Below, piece by piece: positions 26,484 to 40,797 of a stretch of 64,000 nt of DNA (position 1 is its first letter; each line of letters begins with the position of its first letter). The notes beneath the pieces were generated by a model. The model did no database searches. It saw only the letters and a list, made by a program, of their open reading frames with translations, and was not told the origin of the DNA. The stretch lies in NCBI GenBank assembly GCA_964016885.1, contig OZ024742.1:172732001-172796000 (forward strand), read 5' to 3'. The translations under genes and the position numbers were made by a program. This DNA comes from Eledone cirrhosa. Lineage: Eukaryota.

Positions 26484-26485
<2 letters not shown>
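25860..26485 (+). mobile_element. Family H repeat with HHR-like motif at 26381-26460
   Basis: TTGAGAA-gatcggcta..tagccgtc-GAAA. Mini fold-backs of the same family at 26735-26910 and 31840-32025. Confidence 0.65.
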
Positions 26486-26520
<35 letters not shown>

Positions 26521-26601
26521 TGTGTGTTTGTTTCAGATTGGGTGCATTGTGTGCACATGAGAGTTTGTTCTTGTGTAGGTATGTATGTATCAATATGTGT
26601 G

Positions 26602-26732
<131 letters not shown>

Positions 26733-28059
26733 ATGAAAAGAGTCAGGATCCCGACGGCTGAGCTCTGGGTATTTGGGATCTAGCTGTCGAAACGGCCGGT
26801 GCTCAGCCGCCGGAGTCATGTCTCTTTTCATATTTACCCACTCTACTACCCTAAGTATTGAATACTCTGATGCGTTATGGTCCACTGAGTATCTTAACAC
26901 AGCCTCTTTATTATATATATATATTTATATAAATATATATATATGTTAATATATATATATATTTATATAAATATATATATATGTTAATATATATATATAT
27001 TTATATAAATATATATATATATATTTATATAAATATATATATATGCATATATATATAGAATAGAAAACGAAAAATCCGTGATGCATCTGAACTCAATTTA
27101 TTGTGTTTTACAAGTGTTTCGTCGGCAGACAGATCGAGACGCCATTATTGTGTGGATATTTTACTGATTCTTGTCCCGCAGGTTCGATGGACACGTCTAA
27201 TAATTTCGGAGCATATTCTCTCATTGGGGTATTTGACCCTCTGGGCCAGTAAAGTCAAAAACTTCATCGTCTTCGAGTGTCCTGTGATTGGCCGCTGGTT
27301 GTCTATGTCATCATAATTCTGACCACAGATACCATTCCGCTGAGCATCAGGGCGTCAGGTGTCCCATGTCTGCTACACTTCAATAAATTACTGCTGTGTT
27401 TGGTAGTTGACATATCCAGTCGCACACACACAAACACACAGACACACACACACACGGGTTAAAGGGATCAGACACCATACACTGTTGACTATATATGCCC
27501 CGTGGGTAAGCCGATATAACCCAGGATGCCTACCCGACTCTGCACGTCACCCTAGGCAAACACATCGCCTGAGCCGGGACAGGTTGACCGGGATCTTATT
27601 TATATTCAATCAAGTGCTTACAGCAAAAGACACTAGACGTCAACCACAGTGACGTACTCCAGTATGGCCGGTCCACGCATCCCCCTGCATGTGTATCTTT
27701 TCAGTAGAGAGTGCATACTCTCCACGCATTCCATTTTGTAACACCTAATGTATTTTCTGTATACAGTCCCACGTGTGTATCTCATACTTCTCTTGTGTAC
27801 TATGATATGCATGCACGTTCATTCTTCTTTTTTATATATATTCTGCACGCATTTTCTACGTACGGTCTGCGGATACTATTTACTGTAATACCATGAACGC
27901 ACATTATGTGGCTTTGCGTGAAGATTACATACGTGGATTAATCCATGTTCGCAACGTAACAACATCTCTGTAGGCACATATAACAAGGTGCACCCTTTCA
28001 TGTATAGTCCACTGTGTATCTTTATGTGCCATTATATGTATATTTTTTTATATATTTAT

Positions 28060-28163
28060 ATAATTAACCGATATAAAGGACATAGAAACGAAAACCAACC
28101 GAACAGTGAGTGTTCTGTTATTAATTCTGGCAATATTATTACACAAATATGACCCTCCCCAAG

Positions 28164-28170
<7 letters not shown>
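28060..28170 (+). mobile_element. Family C pLTR 3' fragment
   Basis: Ends ATGACCCTCCCCAAGTATAATA-(TA)n like the other B/C copies. Confidence 0.8.
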
Positions 28171-28204
<34 letters not shown>

Positions 28205-28212
<8 letters not shown>

Positions 28213-29419
28213 TTAGAAACACACAGATACATGCGGACACACACATATATACATGAATGCATCCGCACCCAACTGTGAGTTAAGGGTGCCAACTTCACCG
28301 ATGTTGCTCAATGAATGACTGGGACAGACCAATTCAGTTTGAACCAGACTGAACCAGTATCAGAGTTAAAAATACATTATGAAGAGAGAAGAAACATTTA
28401 GATATAATTAGTAATAAAATGTATCATACCTAAACTGTTCCTAAATTCCTCGACTACGTAGTTTCGTGGCATAAACAAAAACAATATATCAAAGATATAG
28501 AGTCCTTGCGAGGTCTGCCGACTTATCAAGAGGATACCTCATTTTACTAGTCTCAAGAACGCGTCTACACGACGTGAGAAAGAATCCCAAAAGGCGGAGG
28601 GGGAGACAGTCACGCGATATAACGGTCGAGAAACAGAGCTAAGCCTCTTATAACCACGAAGAAAATACCACGGAGGCGGAGGGGGTATTCATATCGAGGC
28701 CGTAGAAGAGGTAGTGAAGAAGGCGAGAAGTATGAGTAATGGAAGCTTTCCAGTTGTCCCCACACTTCAAAGATTGCTCGACCAGAGGGAGTTATTAATA
28801 TATTTAGAAACACACAGATACATGCGGACACACACATATATACATGAATGCATCCGCACCCAACTGTGAGTTAAGGGTCTGTCCCAGTCATTCATTGAGC
28901 AACATCGGTGAAGTTGGCACCCTTAACTCACAGTTGGGTGCGGATGCATTCATGTATATATGTGTGTGTCCGCATGTATCTGTGTGTTTCTAAATATATT
29001 AATAACTCCCTCTGGTCGAGCAATCTTTGAAGTGTGGGGACAACTGGAAAGCTTCCATTACTCATACTTCTCGCCTTCTTCACTACCTCTTCTACGGCCT
29101 CGATATGAATACCCCCTCCGCCTCCGTGGTATTTTCTTCGTGGTTATAAGAGGCTTAGCTCTGTTTCTCGACCGTTATATCGCGTGACTGTCTCCCCCTC
29201 CGCCTTTTGGGATTCTTTCTCACGTCGTGTAGACGCGTTCTTGAGACTAGTAAAATGAGGTATCCTCTTGATAAGTCGGCAGACCTCGCAAGGACTCTAT
29301 ATCTTTGATATATTGTTTTTGTTTATGCCACGAAACTACGTAGTCGAGGAATTTAGGAACAGTTTAGGTATGATACATTTTATTACTAATTATATCTAAA
29401 TGTTTCTTCTCTCTTCATA

Positions 29420-29425
<6 letters not shown>
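28205..29425. mobile_element. Young fold-back of a 591-nt terminally redundant non-coding unit (retrozyme-like)
   Basis: 28205-28287 repeats at 28796-28878 (period 591). 28876-29425 is an apparently identical inverted copy. TA flanks. Confidence 0.9.
29263..29350 (+). ncRNA. Hammerhead ribozyme, U3-A8 variant with 57-nt domain II
   Basis: tcctc-TTGATAA-gtcggca..tgccac-GAAA-CTACGTAG-TC-gagga; GUC cleavage triplet. Identical copy at 28447-28534 (minus). Confidence 0.8.
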
Positions 29426-29454
<29 letters not shown>

Positions 29455-29458
<4 letters not shown>

Positions 29459-30087
29459 AGAGACGTTAAATAAGAAAATTATAAAAATTAACTTAATTAC
29501 TAAAATTTCACTCCAACTAATTAGTTTCTGAAAGGGAATAAACATAGTTTCCGAAGAAATGTACGGAGAAGCCTTTCGTCATCAGGGAAGTCTATTCTCA
29601 GTTAAGTTTCCAGGCAATACGTGGACACAGGGAACTTATACAAAAATAATTCAGTGGATGGAAAAAAGCAAAGCGTGAACTAAGTTCCAAGCCATTGAAA
29701 AAATCACTGCCTACTGCGTCGGTGGCAAATTCAAAAGAATCAATCACGTGACATCGAGGTCAATCAGTGAAGAGTGGTTTGTTAAGAAGACAGCAGCCAA
29801 ACTGTTACTATAGAAGCAGTTTTGGCCAATTTTGGCTCGACAAATAATTTGGAGATAATTATAAAAATTAGTATATTTACTAACATATATATACAGATGC
29901 ATACCTATGCCAGCAAATATATAGGTTATGTCTTAGTAACTTTGTGGTTCAATGCATGGGGATGCAGAACAATAATATTATTGTTTTGCATCCCCATGCA
30001 TTGAACCAGAAAGTTACTAAGACAAAACCTATATATTTGCTGGCATAGGTATGCATCTGTATATATATGTTAGTAGATATACTAATT
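29455..30087. mobile_element. Fold-back insertion with HHR at 29510-29591 (minus)
   Basis: Near-perfect hairpin 29866-30087. acttcc-CTGATGA-cgaaagg..cctttca-GAAA-CTAATTAG-TT-ggagt. Confidence 0.8.
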
Positions 30088-30160
<73 letters not shown>

Positions 30161-31204
30161 GGTGTGTGTATGTGTGTGTGTCTGTGTGTGTATGTATGCA
30201 TTTTTGTTATATATGTATATATTTATAACAAGCTGCATCCTTTCATGTAATGACCCATTGTGTATCTTTATATGACTTTGTGTGTATATTCTTTTTATGT
30301 ATATATAAATATTTGTTTACGCCTTCACTCGTGTGTATATGAATATGCGCATAATTGTAAGTGTGTATATGAACCAGTGTGTGTGTATGTACAAGCACCC
30401 GTGTAGGGAAAGGGCTTGTTTGTGTGTATGTATGTGTGTTTGCGAGCGAGTGTGTATCTGTGTGTGTATATATGTATATGGGTATGTGTATATATGTGTG
30501 TGCGTGGGTGGAAGGGAAGTCTACGTATATGTCTGTACGTGTTTGTGTGTAAGGGTATATATACGCGTATGCACATGTGTGTGTGTGTATGTTTATGTAT
30601 ATAGGCATGTGGGCATGGGCCTGTGTATGTAGGTCCCTCTCTGAATGCATCTATGCGTATGTTTATATGTTTATATGTTCTCCTTAAATGGGTGTATATA
30701 GCAGGCGTCCATGCGTACGACTGTCGTTATCTATGTGATTGTGTATGTGTGTGCGCGCGCGCGTGCGTGGATGTGTGAACTACCAAACACAGCAGTAATT
30801 TATGGAAGTGTAGCAGACATGGGACAGCTAACGCCCTGATGCTCAGCGGAATGGTATCTGTGGTCAGAATTATGATGACGTAGACAACCAGCGGCCAATC
30901 ACAGGACGCGCGAAGATGATGAAGTTTTTGACCGTACTTGCCCAGAGGGTCAGATACCCCAGTGATAAAATATGCTCCGAAATCATTAGACGTGTCCGTC
31001 GAACGTGCGGGTCCAGAATCAGACAGATCCACACAATGATCGTGTCTCGAGCCGTCCGCCGGCCAAACAATTGTAAAACACTATAAACTGAGTTCAGATG
31101 CATCACTGATTTTCCGTTTTCTATTCTATCATACTCTGCTCTGTAAGAGCGTAGAGTGCTTTTTAACCGGCATGCCGCATATGGAAGCATCTTAGCTACC
31201 ATCA

Positions 31205-31245
<41 letters not shown>

Positions 31246-31246
<1 letters not shown>

Positions 31247-31752
31247 CAATGATATTAAATAAATGGAAACTATATTTAAAAAACCATATTTATGTTATTA
31301 TATATATTTCAAGGGTAACCACGAAACATTGGTACGCTTTCATCAGATAAAATACAAAGTTTGTTTTATAAATAGAGACATACCCATGAAAATTATAACT
31401 TATCGGTTGGAAATTCACTGGATAGTGAATTTCAAAGCGATAAGGTATGATTTTCATGGGTATGTCTCTATTTATAAAACAAACGGAAATTCACTGGATA
31501 GTGAATTTCCAACCGATAAGGTATGATTTTCATGGGAATGTCTCTATTTATGAAACAAACTTTGTATTTTACCTGATGAAAGCGTACCAATGTTGTCTTC
31601 GTTAACCTTGAAATATATATAATAAATAAATATGGTTTTTAAATATAGTGTCCATTTATTTAATATCATTGAATATTTACTCCAGTAAACTGTTGAGTAC
31701 TCTAAATCAGTTATAAACATTTATGTTGTCGGACTTCCAACAAATTAAATAC
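31246..31752. mobile_element. Fold-back pLTR insertion related to family A
   Basis: Inverted arms with HHRs at 31295-31350 (minus) and 31567-31626 (plus): CTGATGA..GAAA-TATATA-TA. Tail 31673-31752. Confidence 0.9.
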
Positions 31753-31755
31753 CAC

Positions 31756-31839
<84 letters not shown>

Positions 31840-32018
31840 CAGGATTAAACCAGTATTAAACTAGTAAGAACATTATTTAACAGAGTTCTCGATATTTTGG
31901 ATAGTAGCGCGTGAAAATATTAGAAAGTATTGGTGACCATGCGCTGAGCTCTGGCCATTTACATTAGCCTGCTGTCAACTGTTGAAACGGGTAGAGTTTT
32001 GCCGTCAGTCCCCGAGTC

Positions 32019-32082
<64 letters not shown>

Positions 32083-32096
32083 TTATTTATTTATTT

Positions 32097-32675
<579 letters not shown>

Positions 32676-33079
32676 GTATATATATATATTGGAGAGGATA
32701 ATGTGCTTATACATGGTTGTTACGCTGTAACTTCCTATGAATAGGCCGGCCTTACAACCGGATGATAATGCATGAGCCGTAACATATCCCCATGACGACA
32801 TATCTACACTTCTGATGAAACCACATGTATAACCTTGTAACAGAAATTTATATCATGCAATAAAGCAACTATGGGAAAGCAACCCCGTCTTCACTACATT
32901 GAGGTTCATATATATATGATGATGATGATAAGGAGGATGACGAGTAGGGGGAGGGGAGAAGAGGAGTAAGAACAATATTATAGTGATTTTGATGGTCATT
33001 TTTTGAAACCAAATATGGAGTTTGTTCTAATGATATTCATAAAGTTATTAGAATAGTGTGTATGGCACTATTTATTGTG

Positions 33080-33540
33080 CTTATGATGATGACGATGATC
33101 AAAATTATGATAATGATGATGATGATAGCGAAAACTATAATGACAATGATGATGATGTTGGGGGAACACGTTGATCATAATAATGGAGGTGACGATGACG
33201 AGGATGATGATGATGATGATGATGATGACTTTGGTGATAACAAATACGATGATGATGATGATGATGATATTGATGAGAATGATAAATATATTTTCAATAA
33301 CGATATTGATGGTAACCATGATGATGTTGATATTAGTAGGTTTGGTGATGTTAATAACGATGATGATGAGTATGATGATTATAATTATTAGGATTATTAT
33401 GTCGATGATCGTGATGATAATGAAAATTCTGCGAATATTGATGTTGATGCTGATGGTTAAGTTGCTGATGATATTGCTGATGATTAATATGATGATGATG
33501 CGGATGGTTTTGATAATCATGATGATAAAAATGATAACAA
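33080..33540. repeat. Degenerate (GAT)n microsatellite
   Basis: Direct reading. Confidence 0.9.
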
Positions 33541-34037
33541 TTTATATATTTGTGAGGACTGTAGCAAGTATAATAACACTGCCAAAACCATCATCACCAC
33601 CACCACCTTCACCAAAGGCATCACGAACAACACCATCGCCGTAAAGAAGAATACCGCCAAAACCAAAACCACCTCAACCAACAAGACCAAAAATAATCAT
33701 GTAATTTTCCAATTTAATTTGATTATTTTAAGAACAGATTATAATTTTTTCATATTTTTTTTAAATTTTGAAAATTGTTACGTTATTCCATCTGTAAAGG
33801 TTAAATGCTACGAGATATATTTCATGAAAAATTTGAACACAACCTTCGGTCAGAAAATTGAAAATTTCTCTAGGAATGTTTAAAATTATTTAATTAATTC
33901 AATTTCGGTTTGCAAGAACAACTTTGCTTATAGCGTAGTTGAAACTCTGCAAAAGCAAGAATAGAGGTAAACATTGTAAAAGAAAAAGAAGCCAACGAAA
34001 TTATATATATGTATATATATATAATATTTATATATAG

Positions 34038-34084
<47 letters not shown>

Positions 34085-34110
34085 TTTGTATGAGCGTGTG
34101 TGTGTGTGTG

Positions 34111-34208
<98 letters not shown>

Positions 34209-34487
34209 CTAAAGAACAACGTACACATGGGAAAGAATATGATCAAAATAACTTTCATAAACCCCTAAGAATGAAAATGTTTAAATAGTTGAACTGCAGT
34301 TTCTGTCTTGAGCTAGATAGATTTAGAAATTATAAAGATGTTTCTACATTCTGTTTCTACTTTCGCGTGAAATTGTTTCACAGATGGCTAGTATAGTGAT
34401 AGAAATTTTTTTGAAATGTGATGGCTTCTGCCGTGAGAGACGGGGAAAGATCAATCTATCTATCTATATATCTATCTATCCTATAAT

Positions 34488-34633
<146 letters not shown>

Positions 34634-34911
34634 GTGGGGGAAGAAAAAAATTGCTTCACTTGTGCTTTCAACAAATTTATTTTCTTCACAAAATCCAAAA
34701 AGAATTTTTTTCCGGATTAGAAAAAAAAAAAAAAAAATTTTTTTATAAATTAAGTCGTTGGCTGTTGGTTAGGTCTTAGGAGTTCTTGGTGTGTGTATGC
34801 CTCTCTCTCTATATATATATGTGTGTGTATGTGTGTGTGTGTAAGCATGTATGTGTGAACGGATGTATATATACGGACATATGTATATGTGTGTGTGTGG
34901 GGGGGGGGTAC

Positions 34912-34944
<33 letters not shown>

Positions 34945-35024
34945 TGTGTATGTGTATATATGTATATTTAGTTATGTACCTTTATGTGTGTATATATATG
35001 TATATGTATGTATATATATGTAGA

Positions 35025-36053
35025 TAAATCTACTAAAAGTTTACGGTAGTGCCCAATCCGTATGAAGACCTTAATGTAATCCGGATATCATGAAAAGAGA
35101 AGATGCATTCAAAAACTAAATTCGGTGAAAAATAAACGGAAAACAGAGTCAAGATAAATTAATAAAATAATGAATAAACAAAGAAACAGTTCCTTATATT
35201 AAAAAAATTCATCATTTTACGATCGTTTCTAGGATATATATGTGTGTTAGAGTTGGTATGCATATTCTAAAGATCTATGTACAATATTTATACAAACTAT
35301 CAGAGGGAATATACATACCTACACATATATATGCTGTCTTCAGAAATAATGATATTTGTTTATTGAAAAAAACAAAGATTCAATACAATGGGTCTGTTTG
35401 GGAACAGGTTTTGAATTGACCAATAGAGAGATAGTGAGGGTCAAGATAGTAATATAGTAGTAGAAGAACCTTAAATTATGGGTAGAGGAAGGTATATTTC
35501 AGTTTTGGATGGAAAAGAATATTATGAATGAAGGATTATTTTTGAGAAGAAATAGGTCTTATGCTGATCGCAGAAATAAATTTATTTGTTCATTGAATAA
35601 AACCAACAAAGATCTAATATATTCTGTCTGTCTGTTTGGTAAGAGGTTTAGAATTAACCAATAGAAAGTTAATAATTGGCCAAATGGTAAAATAGTAGTA
35701 ATTGAAGCTTATTTTAGGGGTGAAAATAGGTGAGGTGGTCAGTAAAAGGTATACAAGCAGTTGCTGTTATAAAATAGTAATGCCAATACAAATAGCTAAG
35801 GTGACTAAAGTTTTACGATAAGAATGTTAGTGAAAAAAATACATCTATGAAAAGAATATAAATTAATTTAATTGATGCGTATATTTATATTGATAAAATT
35901 ATACTAATACATATAGATATGATAAATAAGAGTTAGATGCAGTTGAAAAGTCCTGTTAAAGATGAGGGGAAATTAAAAGAATATAAAAATAATATATATA
36001 TATACTTATATATATATATATATATATACATATATATACACATACACACACAC

Positions 36054-36132
<79 letters not shown>

Positions 36133-37127
36133 TGCATATATACATACATACATATATATATATATACACACATACACACATACATATACATATAATTATT
36201 GGGGGGGGGGGATTAAATTTATTAGTGAGAAATAATAAATATATATAGTTTTCAAGGAACATAGAGTCATAACCTGAAGTTAAAGTATTATATATGTTTA
36301 CTTAATGGTATCAGTTTTAGGAAATGATAGTTGTAAGAAGGAAAGCAAAATTATGTGGTTCATCAGTAGTAGAATATTAATTATAGGTTAACTAAATTTA
36401 AAAAAAAAAAAAAAAAATTTAAAAAATGTTTATATATTAATTTCTAAAGTGTATATTAATTAGGTTTATAATGTTTAAAGCAGAATTATGTAGTTCTTCA
36501 GTAGTAGAATATTAATTGTAGGTTAACTAAATTAAAAATAGTTTATATATTAATTTCTAACGTGTATATTAATTAGGTTTATAATACTTAAAGGTTTTTC
36601 TCAGTTTATGATTACACGATATTATTAATTCATGTCGCTTATTTAATAGGATATCCTTAGATTTCATTATTTCAAAAAGTTCTTGGGAACATAATCTACA
36701 TTCATATCTGCATTTTGATAAGGGGTGGCACTTTTGAGCACACACCAGGTCAGGTCATATGCTATATTCCTCTTTCTTTAACTATTAATTATTTCAGCTA
36801 GATATGTTGTATTAGCTAGTGCGGCATTTTTAAAACTATGTTGTTTTTTTTGTTTTTTTTTAAATTTAGTTAACCTATAATTAATATTCTACTACTGATG
36901 AACTACATAATTTTGCTTTCCTTCTTACAACTATCATTTCCTAAAACTGATACCATTAAGTAAACATATATAATGCTTTAACTTCAGGTTATGACTCTAT
37001 GTTCCTTGAAAACTATATATATTTATTATTTCTCACTAATAAATTTAACTCACCCCCCCAATAATTATATGTATATGTAAGTGTGTATGTGTGTATATAT
37101 ATATATATGTATGTATGTATATATGCA

Positions 37128-37172
<45 letters not shown>

Positions 37173-38090
37173 ATATATATATATATATATATGTATATAT
37201 GTGTGTGTGTATGTGTATATATATGTATATATATATATATATATATAAGTATATATATATATTATTTTTATATTCTTTTAATTTCCCCTCATCTTTAACA
37301 GGACTTTTCAACTGCATCTAACTCTTATTTATCATATCTATATGTATTAGTATAATTTTATCAATATAAATATACGCATCAATTAAATTAATTTATATTC
37401 TTTTCATAGATGTATTTTTTTCACTAACATTCTTATCGTAAAACTTTAGTCACCTTAGCTATTTGTATTGGCATTACTATTTTATAACAGCAACTGCTTG
37501 TATACCTTTTACTGACCACCTCACCTATTTTCACCCCTAAAATAAGCTTCAATTACTACTATTTTACCATTTGGCCAATTATTAACTTTCTATTGGTTAA
37601 TTCTAAACCTCTTACCAAACAGACAGACAGAATATATTAGATCTTTGTTGGTTTTATTCAATGAACAAATAAATTTATTTCTGCGATCAGCATAAGACCT
37701 ATTTCTTCTCAAAAATAATCCTTCATTCATAATATTCTTTTCCATCCAAAACTGAAATATACCTTCCTCTACCCATAATTTAAGTTTCTTCTACTACTAT
37801 ATTACTATCTTGACCCTCACTATCTCTCTATTGGTCAATTCAAAACCTGTTCCCAAACAGACCCATTGTATTGAATCTTTGTTTTTTTCAATAAACAAAT
37901 ATCATTATTTCTGAAGACAGCATATATATGTGTAGGTATGTATATTCCCTCTGATAGTTTGTATAAATATTGTACATAGATCTTTAGAATATGCATACCA
38001 ACTCTAACACACATATATATCCTAGAAACGATCGTAAAATGATGAATTTTTTTAATATAAGGAACTGTTTCTTTGTTTATTCATTATTTT
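35025..38090. mobile_element. Large fold-back PLE insertion (5'-truncated PLE on minus strand plus inverted copy)
   Basis: Near-identical arms 35163-36410 and 36850-38090; left tail 35025-35162. Spacer (minus) encodes a GIY-YIG C-terminus: HSFKN..YDLTWCVLKSATPY..CRLCSQE..LLNKRHELIISCNH. Confidence 0.95.
37902..38045 (+). ncRNA. Hammerhead ribozyme with 107-nt domain II
   Basis: tcattattt-CTGAAGA-[long hairpin]-GAAA-CGATCG-TA-aaatgatga (9-bp stem I). Copy at 35209-35352 (minus). Confidence 0.8.
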
Positions 38091-38963
38091 AGTAATGTAT
38101 GTATATATATATATACCCATGTGGAGGTATGAGTACATATTCGTGTGTGTACGTATGTGTATATGTGTTTTTATATGTGTCTTTATATGTTTTTATGTAT
38201 GTATGTGGATGTATATGTACATGGGTGTGTGATTGATGGTGTGTGCCTATATATTCCTACATATGCCCGTGTGTGTATGTACTTATATACGCACATATGT
38301 GTGTTTGAACAAAGGACTAATTTGGGGATGGACGTAGAAAAATTCTTCAGAAAAAAATAAATGTTTACCAAGGGCGGTGCCCCAGCATGGCCTCAGCCGG
38401 ATGGCTGAAACAGGTAGAAGAGTAAGCTTGGCAGGTGCGGTTTTCCTTTGACCATTTTCAATACAAAGGAATACTAAAAGCTTTTTCCCCTGAATAAAGG
38501 AATTTTTCGAGAATGACCGGGGCAGGCGGCGCTTGCTACAGTTCTCCCAACCCAACCCTACTCAGTGTCACAACTCATCACTGCTATTAACATTTTTTCA
38601 ACACACCTACACCCCTACACTTATTAAAGGGCGAGAAAAAAAACCCCATTACCCCACTAACATGTTAAATCCCTATATATAGAACAACACACCACATTCA
38701 CATCAGTTTGACAAGCGCACCTCAGCGTGAAAGGTCTTTCTAAAAACGAAACAATACCTCCTACGTTAACCAATAACTCCTAAGACCTAACCAACAACCA
38801 ACGACTTAATTTATAAAATTTTTTTTTTTTTTTTTTCTAATCCGGAAAAAAATTATTTTTGGATATTGTGAAGAGAATAAATTTGTTGAAAGCACAAGTG
38901 AAGCCATTTTTTTCTTCCCCACTGTCTTAATATACCTAACTGTACCAAGGATTACACACATTT

Positions 38964-39003
<40 letters not shown>

Positions 39004-39048
39004 CCCCGTCTCTCACGGCAGAAAAGCGACAAAATTATATATATATAT

Positions 39049-40797
39049 ATTGTTATACTTGGGGAGGGTCATATTGTTGTAATAATATTGACAGAAATAG
39101 TAACGGAACACACTCAGTGTTTGGTTGGTTTTCGCGTCTGTATCTGCTATATCTCCACAGTTAATTCATTTGGTCCTCAATCTGTATTATTGACTGACCA
39201 ACGGTCAAAAATACAAATATAAATACATATATATATAGTCTAACAAAGTTCTTTTGTTGCACATCTACAACACTATCAGTGGTACTATTATGTTCCTCCT
39301 GTTGTATTGTATGTCTACTCCATTTTTATTTTATCTGTTTATTTATTTATTTATGTCTTCTTCTCTGTGCATGCGTTTACGTGTGGGTATAGTGTTTGGT
39401 GTGTGTGTTCGCGTATGGGTGACTGTGTTTTGGTTATTGTATTCTATATTAGTTTACTAGTGTGTGTTTATGTGTTTGTTGTTATTGTGCTTGTGTATAT
39501 ATTTATTTATTTATTTATTTATTTATTTATATTTCTCTTAAATCAGTATTGTTTGTTTGGGTGTTGTTGTTATTACATTAATTGTTTCTGTTTAGCTTTG
39601 GCTTTCTAAACTCTATTTCACTTGCCTCTCTTATTTGCCTACCTGCTGGATCATTTCTATATTTAGATATTATTTTAATTTCTATGTTGTCTATGTTACC
39701 GTCGTGTTGTTGTCTGGCGAGTTCGTATAGTACAGAATCGTTTTTTTCGTCCTTTTAATTCCCCCCAGTGTTGGTCTATCCTTTCTCCTATGCTTCGAGC
39801 TGTCTCGCCTATGTATGTTGTTGTCATGTTTCTGCAAGTACCCTCTGTACATCTTATGCTATAGACTACATTTCTAGTTTTACAGTTTATCTGAGGGATT
39901 ATTTACATATAACATATTTCCTATTAATACAGTGGGTTTACTTAAAAGGGTATATTTCACTGATCAGGGATTTTATGGTAGTTCCTGACTTTTCTACCAC
40001 TTTAATCTTTAAGTGGGTCTTTCTCAGGGCCTTTCTACATTGTTTAGCTAATTTCCCTCCTGAGGTAGCGTCCACGAACATGACATTCTGGTATCTCTGG
40101 TTGTCGTACCATGAGGTGGCTTTCCCTATCTTATGTTTAGTCCTATCTAAGCTATTCTATAATTTGCTCTTGTATAATGGGCAAATTCCTTTCATGTTTG
40201 TTCTATGAGGGTCTTATACTTCTTCGTAGCTCCTTTGTATACTCTGATTATGTCTCTTTGGTTGTAGCCAGAGAACTGCATGCGGTTGATGAAGTGTTGG
40301 ATGTATGTTTCCATTTCATGCGGGACACGTTCTTCATCACTCGTACCAAGTCTAAGATAAGAATATTAAAATTAGTACTACTGGACATTGCTGAGTTTTT
40401 GAGTATCAGGTATTTGGAGGCGATGGGTTTAGCGTAGTGTGAGTGGAGAATTTGGGCCCTCTCGTCTATAATATTAATCCAGAGTTCCTTGTCTAAATCA
40501 AGTAGTCTATTGTTAGGGTGTTTTGAAGGGTTTTCGATAATTAGGGTTATACTCTGGTGTATGGAGTTAGCTATCTGATGGATGCTTTCTATTGTGCTAC
40601 ATTATAAATCATATTTCTAAGTACTCTCTTGTGGGGATGTCCTTATTACTATATTAATTTCGTCTCCGTAACGAGAGTACATGATGAGGTCTATGGAGCA
40701 CTCATCAAGGAGATCGTCGAGTCTCCTTTCCCACCATACCATACAAAGTTTGCCAAAGTCACCTGTTATTCTAACGCCAATGGCTGATCCATCAAAA
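39049..40797 (-). mobile_element. 5'-truncated PLE3 (autonomous source of family C pLTRs)
   Basis: RT remnants GSAIGVRITGDFGKLCMVWWE, YSRYGDE. GIY-YIG NCKTRNVVYSIRC..YIGETARSIGERIDQH..RQIREA..PKLN (39578-39890). Family C pLTR at 39049-39310. Confidence 0.9.

Larger units (their letters stand above)
27057..31208. mobile_element. Old fold-back insertion hosting younger nested insertions
   Basis: Arms 27057-27418 and 30768-31129 are diverged reverse complements; tail 31130-31208. Confidence 0.8.

Noticed and set aside
28610-29187. Identical 75-aa ORF on both strands as a small protein gene
   Set aside because: Duplicated only because of the fold-back; starts in a TG repeat and has no recognisable motif.
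33056-33644. Asp-rich, Met-rich and Ile-rich ORFs
   Set aside because: Degenerate (GAT)n tract that is open in several frames.
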